DNA of 64,000 nucleotides from Candidatus Aegiribacteria sp. (lineage in GTDB: Bacteria > Fermentibacterota > Fermentibacteria > Fermentibacterales > JCC-6). Position 1 is the stretch's first letter. Each line of letters begins with the position of its first letter. This document shows positions 19,063 through 29,027 of the stretch, one piece after another. The stretch covers positions 118 to 64,117 of the forward strand of contig JAUVLV010000005.1 of NCBI GenBank assembly GCA_030600545.1, written 5' to 3'. The translations under genes and the position numbers were made by a program. The notes beneath the pieces are model-generated. The model was not told where the DNA came from. It saw only the letters and a program-made list of their open reading frames with translations, and did not search any database.

Positions 19063-21227
19063 CCCTGCTGATGATATGCAGCATAATCCTTACAGGTAGA
19101 ATCTCCGAATGGAACCACTATACGCATTTTGGTGGAGTCAGTGATATTCTTGTTGAGGAATCCCTGGTGACAGGTGCGACAACCGGTGGCGTTATTTTTG
19201 GTTCAATTCAATCAGGCGAAATTGTCTGGGATTCAACCTGGGTCTGTCCGGGGAATCTTTCTCACAGTGACGCAAGGTGTCTGGTAAGGGATACAAATGG
19301 AAATCTCTGGATAGGAACGTACGGAGGCGGTATTGATGTCAGTCTGGCTTCGGGAGGATTTCAGCATTACGGACAGCTTGAGGGGCTGCCGATATCACTT
19401 AAGATCAACTGTATTCTTCCCGATACGACCGTATGGGTTGGTACCACTGCCGGGCTGTGCAGCAAGGAACTTGGATATTTTGATGTCTGGACTGAATTCA
19501 CAACTGATGGCGGATTACCTTCAGATATAATAAACTGTGTTGCCAGCGTTGATTCCGGACTCTTTGTCGGAACTTCAAACGGCCTTGTCATGCTTCGAGC
19601 TGGCGAGTATCCCGGACAATCCGATTCCTGGCTGGAGTTTTCTTCTGTCTCAAATCTTATAGTGCTGGATATTGAAGTTGCGGGTGATACCGTATGGGCT
19701 GCTTCAACGGAAGATCTTTATTACATGACAGCGGGTCAGGATTGGCAGAGGGACGTCTCATATCCAGGCAGCTATCCCGTATCTCTTGCATCGGCGAACG
19801 GACTTCTTGCGGTAGGGGATAAGGGTAATGTTGCAGTATTCGACGGATCGCAGTGGATCTCCGGATCGGGTAGTCTTGGAATTCAGGTTGTTCAGACAAT
19901 CAGCTGGATTTCTGGTGACAGTCTGGTTATAGGACAGTACTCGGATTATGCAGTGAACAGAGCATCCGGTAACGGAGTGGCAATAGGAACCATAGACTCC
20001 TGGACTTCTTCATGGCCTCAGGGTACTCCATCCAACGATCTTTATGCGGTTGATGTGGATTCGAGAGACGATGTATGGGTTACAAGCAACAGAAGGGGTG
20101 CTGCAGTTTACAGTGAATACGGATGGGTTGAGTTTATAAACGAACTGCCTAATGCAAATCAGGTTTTTGCCTGCCTTGCAGACAATTCCGGAGGTGTATT
20201 CATTGCTCCCTGGCATTTCGGAGTCACCTGGCTTGACTGGAAGGGAACACCGGAAAAAAGTGACGACGTCGTACTGAATATGAATGTAGAGAACAGCGGA
20301 CTGCTGAACAACCAGATAACGGAGATGGCTATTTCGGAATCAGGTGAAATATGGTTCGCCCAGGAGGCTTACTGGCAGACCGAGGCTGAACCCAGTGGTA
20401 TCTGCCGCCTTTCCTGGACTCCCGGCCAGGAGGAAACTGCATCCTGGAAGACATTTGATCCTTCCGATGGACTTCTCTCCGGAAACGTAAGATCGGTAGA
20501 AGCAACATCTTCACCCCTGATTGCCTGGATGGGAACAGAAGAAGGCCTCGTAAAAGGGAATATCCAGACAGGGCAGGTCCTGTTTTCCGCGGGAGGAGGT
20601 CTTCCTTCGGAAGATGTTCAAGCCCTTGCACTCTCAAGAGATGGCAGGCTTTATATAGGCACAACGGGAGGACTTGTGCTTCTGAGAACTGATAACGAGA
20701 CCATTTCGGAAGTCGATCAGATCACCGGCAATACATCCATGCTCTGTTTCGATAACTTGTCCTGCCTTTGGGCGGCATCGGGTGAGGGTTTGTACAGGAT
20801 TTATCCCGATGGGACAATTGAGGAGTACAATGTTCTTAACTCACCTCTTCAATCCCTTAATATTAGAAATGCTGTCTGTGACTCAGATAATGGATTTCTT
20901 TACATTGTAACAGATCACGGTTTGTGGAAACTTACTCTTGAACAGGGAATGGACGGCATCCTTGAAACTGCCTCTATTTACCCCAATCCGTTCGTATCCG
21001 GGGATGGACAGGTACTCGGCGTAGCGAGACTGCCGGACGAAGAATTCGATATCAGTCTGTTTGACCTGACGGGAGGACTTGTTTATGAGTCGCTGTCACA
21101 GCACAGAGACACATTCTCGTGGGATGGGTATGATCTTGAAGGAAATCCTGTGACATCCGGGACCTATATGGTCCGGATAACACAGAGCGGGAATGACAGA
21201 TTCCTGAAACTGGCCATTGTACGATAA
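19059..21227 (+). CDS. Secreted beta-propeller-repeat protein with C-terminal FlgD-Ig/T9SS-type sorting domain (paralog of 9247-11490)
   Basis: LWIGTYGGGI / VWVGTTAGL repeats. Tail IYPNPFVSGDG...WDGYDLEGNPVTSGTYMVRITQSGNDRFLKLAIVR. ATGA overlap with the upstream gene. Confidence 0.7.
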   Translation: MTLLMICSIILTGRISEWNHYTHFGGVSDILVEESLVTGATTGGVIFGSIQSGEIVWDSTWVCPGNLSHSDARCLVRDTNGNLWIGTYGGGIDVSLASGGFQHYGQLEGLPISLKINCILPDTTVWVGTTAGLCSKELGYFDVWTEFTTDGGLPSDIINCVASVDSGLFVGTSNGLVMLRAGEYPGQSDSWLEFSSVSNLIVLDIEVAGDTVWAASTEDLYYMTAGQDWQRDVSYPGSYPVSLASANGLLAVGDKGNVAVFDGSQWISGSGSLGIQVVQTISWISGDSLVIGQYSDYAVNRASGNGVAIGTIDSWTSSWPQGTPSNDLYAVDVDSRDDVWVTSNRRGAAVYSEYGWVEFINELPNANQVFACLADNSGGVFIAPWHFGVTWLDWKGTPEKSDDVVLNMNVENSGLLNNQITEMAISESGEIWFAQEAYWQTEAEPSGICRLSWTPGQEETASWKTFDPSDGLLSGNVRSVEATSSPLIAWMGTEEGLVKGNIQTGQVLFSAGGGLPSEDVQALALSRDGRLYIGTTGGLVLLRTDNETISEVDQITGNTSMLCFDNLSCLWAASGEGLYRIYPDGTIEEYNVLNSPLQSLNIRNAVCDSDNGFLYIVTDHGLWKLTLEQGMDGILETASIYPNPFVSGDGQVLGVARLPDEEFDISLFDLTGGLVYESLSQHRDTFSWDGYDLEGNPVTSGTYMVRITQSGNDRFLKLAIVR

Positions 21228-21245
21228 ACCGGAAGAGGAGAACAT

Positions 21246-21980
21246 ATGAAAGGCGTAGTGCTGGCCGGCGGGCTTGGTACGCGGCTGCGGCCTTTGACAA
21301 GTATTACCAACAAGCATCTTCTGCCTGTTTACGATCAGCCGATGATCTTCTATCCGCTGCAGAAACTTGCTGAAGCCGGGATAAAGGATGTTATGCTGGT
21401 TACGGGAGGAAACAGCGCTGGTGATTTTCTGAGGCTTCTGGGGGATGGGTCGAAGTTCGGGTTAAATACACTTAACTATGCATATCAGGTAAACGAGGGG
21501 GGAATCGCCGAAGCAATAGGCCTTACAAAAACCTTTGTAGGGGGCGATAAATTCGTCGTGATCCTGGGTGACAATATTCTTGAAGATTCCCTTGCCGAGA
21601 AAGTAGCTGCATTTAAAAACCAGGAAAACGGAGCAAGAATTCTCCTTAAAAAGGTTAGCAATCCCAGTGATTACGGAGTTGCGGAACTGGAAGGCAACAG
21701 AGTTGTCTCGATCGAAGAGAAACCCGAGAGGCCCAGGAGCAGTTATGCGGTGATAGGTGTTTACATGTTCGATAGTTTCGCGTTTGAGATTATCGACAGC
21801 CTTGAACCATCTGCAAGGGGCGAACTTGAGGTTACAGATATCAATAATGCATATCTGAAGGAAAACAAACTTCATGCTGATATAATTGATGGATGGTGGG
21901 CCGATTCCGGGTGCAGTATAGACGGCCTGCTGCAGGCGGGGATCATGGCAAAAAGCCTTCGGAGGGAACATACTGTATGA
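21246..21980 (+). CDS. Sugar-1-phosphate nucleotidylyltransferase (RmlA-like, short form)
   Basis: MKGVVLAGGLGTRLRPLTSITNKHLLPVYDQPMIFYPL. Confidence 0.8.
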   Translation: MKGVVLAGGLGTRLRPLTSITNKHLLPVYDQPMIFYPLQKLAEAGIKDVMLVTGGNSAGDFLRLLGDGSKFGLNTLNYAYQVNEGGIAEAIGLTKTFVGGDKFVVILGDNILEDSLAEKVAAFKNQENGARILLKKVSNPSDYGVAELEGNRVVSIEEKPERPRSSYAVIGVYMFDSFAFEIIDSLEPSARGELEVTDINNAYLKENKLHADIIDGWWADSGCSIDGLLQAGIMAKSLRREHTV

Positions 21981-23002
21981 AATTACTGGTTACGGGTGGA
22001 GCCGGTTTTATAGGGAGCAACTTTACCAGATTGGCACTTAAGACTAAGTCTGACTGGGAAGTAACCGTTCTTGATAAACTGACGTACGCAGGCAGACGAG
22101 AGAACCTGGAAGATCTTGATGATGAACCACGTTTCGAATTTATCCACGGAGACATCTGCGATGAAAAAGCGGCCTTATGTGCGATGGAAGGGTGTGACAC
22201 GGTGGTTAATTTTGCTGCGGAAACCCACGTTGACAGATCCATTGATGATTCCTCCTCTTTCGTCAGAACGGATATAGAAGGCGTAAGAGTTCTTCTTGAA
22301 GCCTTCAGAAGAGAAGACAGACATCTCTTCCTGCAGATTTCAACGGATGAGGTGTACGGGAGTGTGGAAAAAGGCAGATCCAATGAAACGGACCAGCTTG
22401 CCCCCAGAAGCCCGTACGCGGCATCGAAGGCCGGAGGCGAACTTCTGGCAATGAGCTACTGGATCACTTATGGAGTTCCTGTAACCGTTACCAGGGCTTC
22501 AAATAACTATGGCCCCTTCCAATATCCCGAAAAGCTTATTCCGCTGTTCATAACCAACGCCATGAACGGCGAGCCTCTACCTGTTTACGGAGACGGGCTT
22601 AACAAAAGGGACTGGCTGTTCGTTGAGGATCACTGCAATGCCCTGCTCAAGGTTATCGAGAAATCTGAGCCGGGCAGGATATACAATATCGGCGCAGGGC
22701 AGGAATACACCAATCGGGAGGTTACTTCTTCAATTCTTGAGGTAACTGGTACCGACAGGGAGCTTGTAAGGTATATTGAAGACCGTCCCGGCCACGACAG
22801 GCGGTACGCACTGAATGTCGATCTTATCGAAAATGAGATTGGCTGGAAGGCTGAAACCGGATTCGATGAAGGTATAAGGAAGACTGCGGACTGGTATATT
22901 GAAAACCGTGCATGGTGGCAGAGTATAAAGTCCGGTGAATTCAGGGAATATTACCGGTCCATGTATGCAGACAGATTAAAGAACTCCAGGGGGAGCATAT
23001 GA
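21977..23002 (+). CDS. rfbB: dTDP-glucose 4,6-dehydratase
   Basis: [23 protein letters not shown], and [13 protein letters not shown] overlap with the upstream gene. Confidence 0.9.
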   Translation: MKLLVTGGAGFIGSNFTRLALKTKSDWEVTVLDKLTYAGRRENLEDLDDEPRFEFIHGDICDEKAALCAMEGCDTVVNFAAETHVDRSIDDSSSFVRTDIEGVRVLLEAFRREDRHLFLQISTDEVYGSVEKGRSNETDQLAPRSPYAASKAGGELLAMSYWITYGVPVTVTRASNNYGPFQYPEKLIPLFITNAMNGEPLPVYGDGLNKRDWLFVEDHCNALLKVIEKSEPGRIYNIGAGQEYTNREVTSSILEVTGTDRELVRYIEDRPGHDRRYALNVDLIENEIGWKAETGFDEGIRKTADWYIENRAWWQSIKSGEFREYYRSMYADRLKNSRGSI

Positions 23003-23931
23003 GAATTCTGGTAACCGGCGGTGCGGGTTTTATCGGCAGCCATCTTTGCGAAAGACTTCTGACGGACGGGCACGAAGTTCTGGCCATGGACAATCTGCTT
23101 ACGGGAACAACTGACAATATCGCGCATTTGGCAGGCAGGGATGATTTTTCTTTCATACATCATGATGTAACTAACTATATTTTTGTAAATGGAAAGCTCG
23201 ATTTTATCTTTCATCTTGCTTCTCCTGCAAGCCCTGCGGACTATCTCGCCTACCCTATCCAAACCCTGAAGGTAGGTTCTCTCGGCACACATAAAACCCT
23301 TGGTCTGGCACTTGTCAAGGAAGCAGGTTTCGTTCTTGCTTCGACAAGCGAGATATACGGAGATCCTCTCGTTCATCCCCAGTCAGAAGATTACTGGGGA
23401 AACGTGAACCCGGTTGGACCGAGAGGTGTTTACGATGAAGCCAAAAGATTTGCTGAAGCCATAACTTATGCATACAGAAGGTTTCACGGTTTGAACACAA
23501 AGGTTGCCCGAATCTTTAATACTTATGGGCCACGAATGAGAGCGGACGACGGACGAGTAGTCCCGGCCTTTATTTCACAGGCGCTTTCCGGCAGGAACCT
23601 TACAGTTTTTGGCGATGGTAGCCAGACACGGAGTTTCTGTTATGTTTCGGATACGGTTGATGGCCTTGTGCGTTTAATGGAATCGGATTTTCCAGGTCCA
23701 GTTAACATCGGTAACCCCGATGAGATGACAATTTCGGATTTCTCGGAATTTGTACTGGGACGAATTGATTCGCGAAGCTCCATAGTCCGCATGGAATTAC
23801 CTGAGGATGACCCGAAGGTAAGAAAGCCGGATATTTCCCTGGCCATGGAAAAACTGGGATGGAAACCGGTCGTGGGGTTGGAGGAAGGTATGGATAGAAC
23901 CATTGATTATTTCAGAGAAAAAAAGCATTGA
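22999..23931 (+). CDS. UDP-glucuronate decarboxylase (UDP-xylose synthase)-like SDR
   Basis: [31 protein letters not shown], and [11 protein letters not shown]. Confidence 0.85.
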   Translation: MRILVTGGAGFIGSHLCERLLTDGHEVLAMDNLLTGTTDNIAHLAGRDDFSFIHHDVTNYIFVNGKLDFIFHLASPASPADYLAYPIQTLKVGSLGTHKTLGLALVKEAGFVLASTSEIYGDPLVHPQSEDYWGNVNPVGPRGVYDEAKRFAEAITYAYRRFHGLNTKVARIFNTYGPRMRADDGRVVPAFISQALSGRNLTVFGDGSQTRSFCYVSDTVDGLVRLMESDFPGPVNIGNPDEMTISDFSEFVLGRIDSRSSIVRMELPEDDPKVRKPDISLAMEKLGWKPVVGLEEGMDRTIDYFREKKH

Positions 23932-23991
23932 TGATATTACAGCTGTGAAAAATGATTCTGGCGGCTGGCTTTCGGTGGAAACAGGTACGTT

Positions 23992-25128
23992 ATGCTGATA
24001 TTTATGATAGTTCTTGGAAGTGTATCCCTGCCTTTTTCTTCACAGGAGGGGATACAGAATCCCGATTTGTCTGTTCATGAACTGGCGGACAGGAGTACTT
24101 ACGTACTTGGGCCCGGAGACATTGTAACTGTTGTAGTAGAAGGCGGATCAAGCCAGATTCTAACGAGTGCGGGTGTTTCCCCCTGGATAGAATGTACAGT
24201 AGGGGGAGACGGTTATCTCTCAGTACCAGGAATCGGCGCTGTCAGCGTGGATGGACTGACAATTGATGAGGGTCAGCAATCTCTTCAGAGAATAGCATCA
24301 GGTTATTATCCCTCAATCCGTGTTACCCTTTCCCTCCTTGAACCCAGGATGCTTCGGGCCAGCGTTGGTGGTATGGTGAATCAACCTGGTACATTTGTGC
24401 TGACAGCTCTTGACAGAGTGTCTGATGCTGTTCTGATTGCAGGCGGGATATCAACCTACGGGTCCCGCAGAGGAACAGTGTATACAGATAACGGAGATAT
24501 ACTTGATGTGGATCTTAATATCCGACCGGGAAGCGTTTCTTACGTTTCCGACCCGTTTCTTACCAACAACGCCGGAATTATTATCGATGTTTGTGAGAAT
24601 CCTGTCTACCTTCTCAGTACCGGGAATGCACTTGAAACCCGTGAACTGCAGCCGGGGGAAAATTTAGAATCTCTGATGGCCAGAATGGGTGGAGTGACAG
24701 GTAATATCGACCTCCTCAGCAGCAGTATAATCAGGGATGAAACCATGATAAATGTTTGGAATCAGGAAGCAGGTTTCACCGATACAGAGCTTTTACCCGG
24801 GGATACAATAGTATTTGTCTCGTTCAGAGAATCAATCACTGTAGGAGGGGCAGTCAGTATTCCAGGACTGATACCCTACAGTCCGGAAAACACGGTTCTG
24901 GATTATATTATTACCGCTGGTGGTTTTGAGAGTGAGGCCAGCAGCAGAATTACCGTCCAGAGAAACGGCCGGGAAGCTAAACTTGAAGGAGATGTTGAAA
25001 ATGCTCATCTTCTGCCCGGAGATATTGTAAACGTAGAGTATAGCTGGTTCAACAGGAACGCGGCTATGATTTCGCTGATAACTTCGGCAATTTCAATTGG
25101 TTTAACAATTTATGCGATCAGTAACTAG
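23992..25128 (+). CDS. Polysaccharide export protein (Wza-like Poly_export + SLBB)
   Basis: YVLGPGDIVTVVV, DGYLSVPGIGAVSVDGLTIDE, and VGGMVNQPGTFVL..AGG. C-terminal TM segment. Confidence 0.6.
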   Translation: MLIFMIVLGSVSLPFSSQEGIQNPDLSVHELADRSTYVLGPGDIVTVVVEGGSSQILTSAGVSPWIECTVGGDGYLSVPGIGAVSVDGLTIDEGQQSLQRIASGYYPSIRVTLSLLEPRMLRASVGGMVNQPGTFVLTALDRVSDAVLIAGGISTYGSRRGTVYTDNGDILDVDLNIRPGSVSYVSDPFLTNNAGIIIDVCENPVYLLSTGNALETRELQPGENLESLMARMGGVTGNIDLLSSSIIRDETMINVWNQEAGFTDTELLPGDTIVFVSFRESITVGGAVSIPGLIPYSPENTVLDYIITAGGFESEASSRITVQRNGREAKLEGDVENAHLLPGDIVNVEYSWFNRNAAMISLITSAISIGLTIYAISN

Positions 25129-25137
25129 AATGCAGTC

Positions 25138-26379
25138 ATGAAAAAAAATATAGAAAGCTCCTTTGCCGGGAAATGGATAAGCTCCATTGTGTCGAACATA
25201 CGCAGAATTGCGATACTCTGTTTTGTAGTTGCTCTTGTTGCTTCTGCCTGGGCACTGACCAGAAAACAGCTCTGGACAGCCTCTGCAATTGCTGTTGTTC
25301 CAGGCGGCCAGCAGTCATCCGCGGGTCTTTCCGGAATTGGCGGGCTGGCGGGCGATCTGGTATCCGATCAGCTGACCGGTCTTGGAAGCATGATGAGTAT
25401 TGGGGGAACAACTGCCCTGGATATGAATCTTGTTTTCCAGGTTCTCACCTCCAGGACGGTTTTTGAACGAGTAATATTCAAACATCATCTTCTGGCGGGT
25501 TTTAAAGTTCCCACGATGGATGATGCCTTGGGGGTATTTAGGAAGAGTGCTTCCATTTCCCTTACTCCCGAAGGCTTCTTCGTGGTATCAATGGAAACTG
25601 ACAGCAGGGAAAAAGCTGCTGCACTGGTAAACGATATCATCGAATTTGCCAATCTGGAGCTTTCAACGATAATCACCAGCAGGGCCAGGAGAAGCAGGCT
25701 GGTTGCCGAAGAGCTTTTTGTGGCAGCTGAGGAATCTCTTCTCATCGCTCAGAACAGAATGGAACAGTTCCGCGAGGAAACCGGACTGCTGTTTCCGGAA
25801 CAGCAGGGCATTCAATCCATGGAATTGCTGGGTTCCCTTGAAACACAACTGCTTCTTGCTGAAGCTGAATTTGCCGGAATCAGCGGGACAATGTCATCAT
25901 CCAGTGCGACCTATTCTGAGATAGCCAGGAGGGTAGCATCACTCAGAAGCAGCATGATGGACAGGGCTGCAGGTGACAGCCTCAGTTACTTCCCCGGGTT
26001 GGACAGCATGCCTTACATGCTCAAGGAGTACGAGAACATTTCCATAAATCTCGAGACCAGACGGGCGATCTATCTGATGCTGAGGCAGGAACTCGAATCC
26101 CTTAAACTCGAGGAAGCGAAAGACAGCCCCACGATAGAGGTTCTGGTACCAGCGGTTCCGTCTGCCCTGAGATCCTATCCTAAACGCGGAAAAATGGTGA
26201 TAAAGTACACTATAATTGTTTTCTTCCTTTCTCTTCTCTGGATTGCGGTAATTACATATGCGAAGCAGCTTCTTGATGATGAGAACACCGGTCCATTCTG
26301 GAAAAATGTAGTTAGAACCGCGGGAAGTCAGCTTTTTCTCGTACGGAAAAGGAAAACTGATAAGAGCAGTCCTTTCTAA
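25138..26379 (+). CDS. Wzz/GumC-like chain-length determinant
   Basis: N- and C-terminal TM helices flank a long helical periplasmic region. It follows the Wza-like gene. Confidence 0.55.
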   Translation: MKKNIESSFAGKWISSIVSNIRRIAILCFVVALVASAWALTRKQLWTASAIAVVPGGQQSSAGLSGIGGLAGDLVSDQLTGLGSMMSIGGTTALDMNLVFQVLTSRTVFERVIFKHHLLAGFKVPTMDDALGVFRKSASISLTPEGFFVVSMETDSREKAAALVNDIIEFANLELSTIITSRARRSRLVAEELFVAAEESLLIAQNRMEQFREETGLLFPEQQGIQSMELLGSLETQLLLAEAEFAGISGTMSSSSATYSEIARRVASLRSSMMDRAAGDSLSYFPGLDSMPYMLKEYENISINLETRRAIYLMLRQELESLKLEEAKDSPTIEVLVPAVPSALRSYPKRGKMVIKYTIIVFFLSLLWIAVITYAKQLLDDENTGPFWKNVVRTAGSQLFLVRKRKTDKSSPF

Positions 26380-26568
26380 TTCTATTCTTTCATTAAAAGC
26401 GGGTTTATATTCAGTAGGTATCTCTGTGCTCATCATCGAATGGAGTATATCTAAACCATGATACACAGAATATTTGATGAGAAAAAGGATTTGGAAGCCT
26501 GCCCAAGAATCGACTGGGAATACTGAGGAGTATATGAAACCGTATGTATCCGGCAAAGGTACTGTATA

Positions 26569-27465
26569 ATGCTGACAGGAATACATCTTCTTCTAACTTA
26601 CATGTGCAATTTAAAATGTGACCATTGTTTTGTATACAGCGGCCCGGATGCCAGGGGTACTTTCACTTTGAAGCAAATACGGACAGTTCTTGATGAAGCA
26701 ACTAAGATTGGTACAATAAAATGGATATACTTTGAAGGTGGTGAGCCATTCTTGTTCTACCCTCTAATGCTTGAAGGAATCAAAATTGCCCGTAGAATGG
26801 GGTTCAAAGTAGGTGTTGTAACTAATGCGTATTACGCAACATCTGAGGAAGACGCAGAACTTTGGCTCACCCCTCTCTGTGAATCAGGAATATCTGATCT
26901 AAGTATAAGTGACGATTCATTCCACTATGAAGAGGAGAAAGATAACCTTCCTAAACGAGCTTTAGTTGCGGCAAAAAGATTAGGTATACCTGTCAATTCG
27001 ATTTGCATTGAGAAGTCTACAGTTGAAGCAGATAAGAAGCAGAATAAAGGATCATCAGTTTATGGTGGTGGTGCTATGTATAGAGGGAGGGCAGTTGAAA
27101 AGCTGGTTGAAGGGCTTCCGCAAAGAAGGTGGGAAGAATTCACAGAATGTCCGTATGAAGATTTGAAAGAACCAGAGAGAATTCATCTCGATCCATATGG
27201 TAACGTCCACCTCTGTCAGGGGTTGAGTATAGGTAATATGTGGGAAACCTCTCTATCAATGCTGGTTAAGAACTATAATGCTGATTCACATCCGATATGT
27301 GGACCTTTGATTAGAGGAGGACCTGCTCTTTTAGCAAAAAAATATAATGTTGAACATGAAGATAATTATGTTGACGAATGTCATTTCTGTTATCTTGTTC
27401 GCCTGGCCCTTTTAAATAAATTCCCAGAGTATCTTGCACCAAGACAAATCTATGGATTGGAATAG
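26569..27465 (+). CDS. Radical SAM protein with Cys-containing C-terminal extension, unknown substrate
   Basis: LLLTYMCNLKCDHCF (CX3CX2C) and FEGGEPF. C-terminal HLCQG...DECHFCY. Visibly more A/T-rich than its neighbours. Confidence 0.8.
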   Translation: MLTGIHLLLTYMCNLKCDHCFVYSGPDARGTFTLKQIRTVLDEATKIGTIKWIYFEGGEPFLFYPLMLEGIKIARRMGFKVGVVTNAYYATSEEDAELWLTPLCESGISDLSISDDSFHYEEEKDNLPKRALVAAKRLGIPVNSICIEKSTVEADKKQNKGSSVYGGGAMYRGRAVEKLVEGLPQRRWEEFTECPYEDLKEPERIHLDPYGNVHLCQGLSIGNMWETSLSMLVKNYNADSHPICGPLIRGGPALLAKKYNVEHEDNYVDECHFCYLVRLALLNKFPEYLAPRQIYGLE

Positions 27466-27591
27466 ATATCGGCAACTTCATATAACAAAGTATATTTGTC
27501 TTGTACCTTCGTCACTTCGCCCCAAGTCTGAGAATACTTTTCACTGATGAATTTGTATTACAAAGCATTTTCCTGCAGTACCTCACAGAAA

Positions 27592-27975
27592 TCAGTTAAT
27601 TTTTTCGAGCATTTCCGATGTCAGCTTCCTGTAGATACGGAAACGCAGTCCACCCAAGTGTTTGCCTCCGTACCATCTGGCAACAGCGACAAGAGTGTTT
27701 TCGGCAGAGGATTTCCGCAGGACATCCAGGATAGCATTTCCCGCACCGCTCTCGCCCCCGTCACCCTTCATATCGTCAATTCTATTATTTCGCACGATGC
27801 GGCAGGCCCAGCTCACATGACTGGCCTTTCGCATACGGCAGTAACGAATCAGCTCTTCAATGGCTTTCGCAGTATCCTGCTCCGGTTCCAGCCGGACACC
27901 CCCGGCAACGAATCTGCAGGCACCGGCCCTGATTTTCGAACCCTTTATCGGTGTTGCCAGTGTGTACGTCCCTAT
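27592..27975 (-). CDS. IMPACT/YigZ-family (UPF0029) N-terminal-domain protein; start codon unresolved
   Basis: PIKGSKIRAGA..., ASHVSWACRI, GDGGESGAGNAILDVL, and VAVARWYGGKHLGGLRF. The conserved region extends upstream of the only ATG (27834) with no ATG/GTG/TTG in frame. Confidence 0.6.
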   Translation of the reverse strand: MGTYTLATPIKGSKIRAGACRFVAGGVRLEPEQDTAKAIEELIRYCRMRKASHVSWACRIVRNNRIDDMKGDGGESGAGNAILDVLRKSSAENTLVAVARWYGGKHLGGLRFRIYRKLTSEMLEKIN

Positions 27976-28940
27976 CTTCTGAAGAAGTACCGGTAAAAAG
28001 CGTTATCTGATATTTTCCTGACAAAGCGAACAAGCACTGAGATGATGATCCAGGTGAAAGCTATCCTGGCGAAGAGAACACCTGAAATATTTCCACCAAG
28101 GGACATCATCAGAAGAGTATCCTCAACAATAGCATGTGAGAGCCCCATGAGGGACATGGAGAAGAAAACATCCCTGTTGGAAAGCTTTCCCGAGTTCATA
28201 TCCCGGATAATCAGCCCTCCTCCGTAGGAGATGCCCAGGACCATGCCGAGTATTGTAACGGTGGAAGCTGATTTTCCGATACCCATCGAAGTAAGTACAG
28301 GTTCAAAAATCCTGTTCATGAGACTGGTTATGCCGAGTCTGTCCAGAATTTTCATAAGCATGATAAGCACAAGTACTATCAGGAATATGGTTATGAGATT
28401 CTGAAGCTGTGAAAGACCCCACGAACCAAGGCTGTCACTGCCGGGTGACGCTTCCCACAGTATCCGTCCTTCCTCCTGAAGGAAACCTCCCACAGAGTAA
28501 GCAGTGTTAAGCAAGAATCCTAAAAGGAGTGCGCAAAGGAGCCTGAAAGGAACCATGAAACGTACCCTAACTCCGGTTTTTCTTGCAATGGTTGTTTCAA
28601 CCGGCATGGAGTGAGCGACGAGGATCATGCAGGCTATGACCGTTATCTGAGCTGTTGACATGTGGAGGCCGGGGGCGATTGAGGCGAAAACCACAATCCC
28701 GCCGTACATATTGGTTATCACGGCGGTCGCCCATACCAGCCCCATTTCGCCGGGCAGGCCCACCAGGTTCATTACAGGGGAGAAGGCAGCTGCGATATAC
28801 TTGACCAGGCCAAGCTCACTCAGGATTTTAACAGCGATGACAACCGGCACCATTATCCGGAAAAGGATGATACTTACCCCGCCCGCCTCCCTGATCTGTT
28901 TCCATGCTGTTGGCAGTATTGACAAAGCCTGTCCTTTCAT
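27972..28940 (-). CDS. Nucleoside-recognition (Gate) domain membrane protein
   Basis: A 322-aa polytopic protein with paired Gate-like halves (..MNLVGLPGEMGLVWATAVITNMYGG.. / ..GMVLGISYGGGLII..). Confidence 0.5.
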   Translation of the reverse strand: MKGQALSILPTAWKQIREAGGVSIILFRIMVPVVIAVKILSELGLVKYIAAAFSPVMNLVGLPGEMGLVWATAVITNMYGGIVVFASIAPGLHMSTAQITVIACMILVAHSMPVETTIARKTGVRVRFMVPFRLLCALLLGFLLNTAYSVGGFLQEEGRILWEASPGSDSLGSWGLSQLQNLITIFLIVLVLIMLMKILDRLGITSLMNRIFEPVLTSMGIGKSASTVTILGMVLGISYGGGLIIRDMNSGKLSNRDVFFSMSLMGLSHAIVEDTLLMMSLGGNISGVLFARIAFTWIIISVLVRFVRKISDNAFYRYFFRR

Positions 28941-29027
28941 GTTCTACGGAAGATAAACATTTTTCGTATAATCCGGATAGCTGAAGCAAAGATGATTCTG
29001 TTTTGTTTTTGATCGGAGTTAGAGGAA

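Noticed and set aside
25939-26586. 215-aa minus-strand ORF
   Set aside because: It overlaps the 3' 440 nt of the Wzz-like gene in antisense, runs through the intergenic spacer, and has no motifs.
27547-27996. 149-aa plus-strand ORF
   Set aside because: It is antisense to the YigZ/IMPACT-like frame, which carries clear family motifs.
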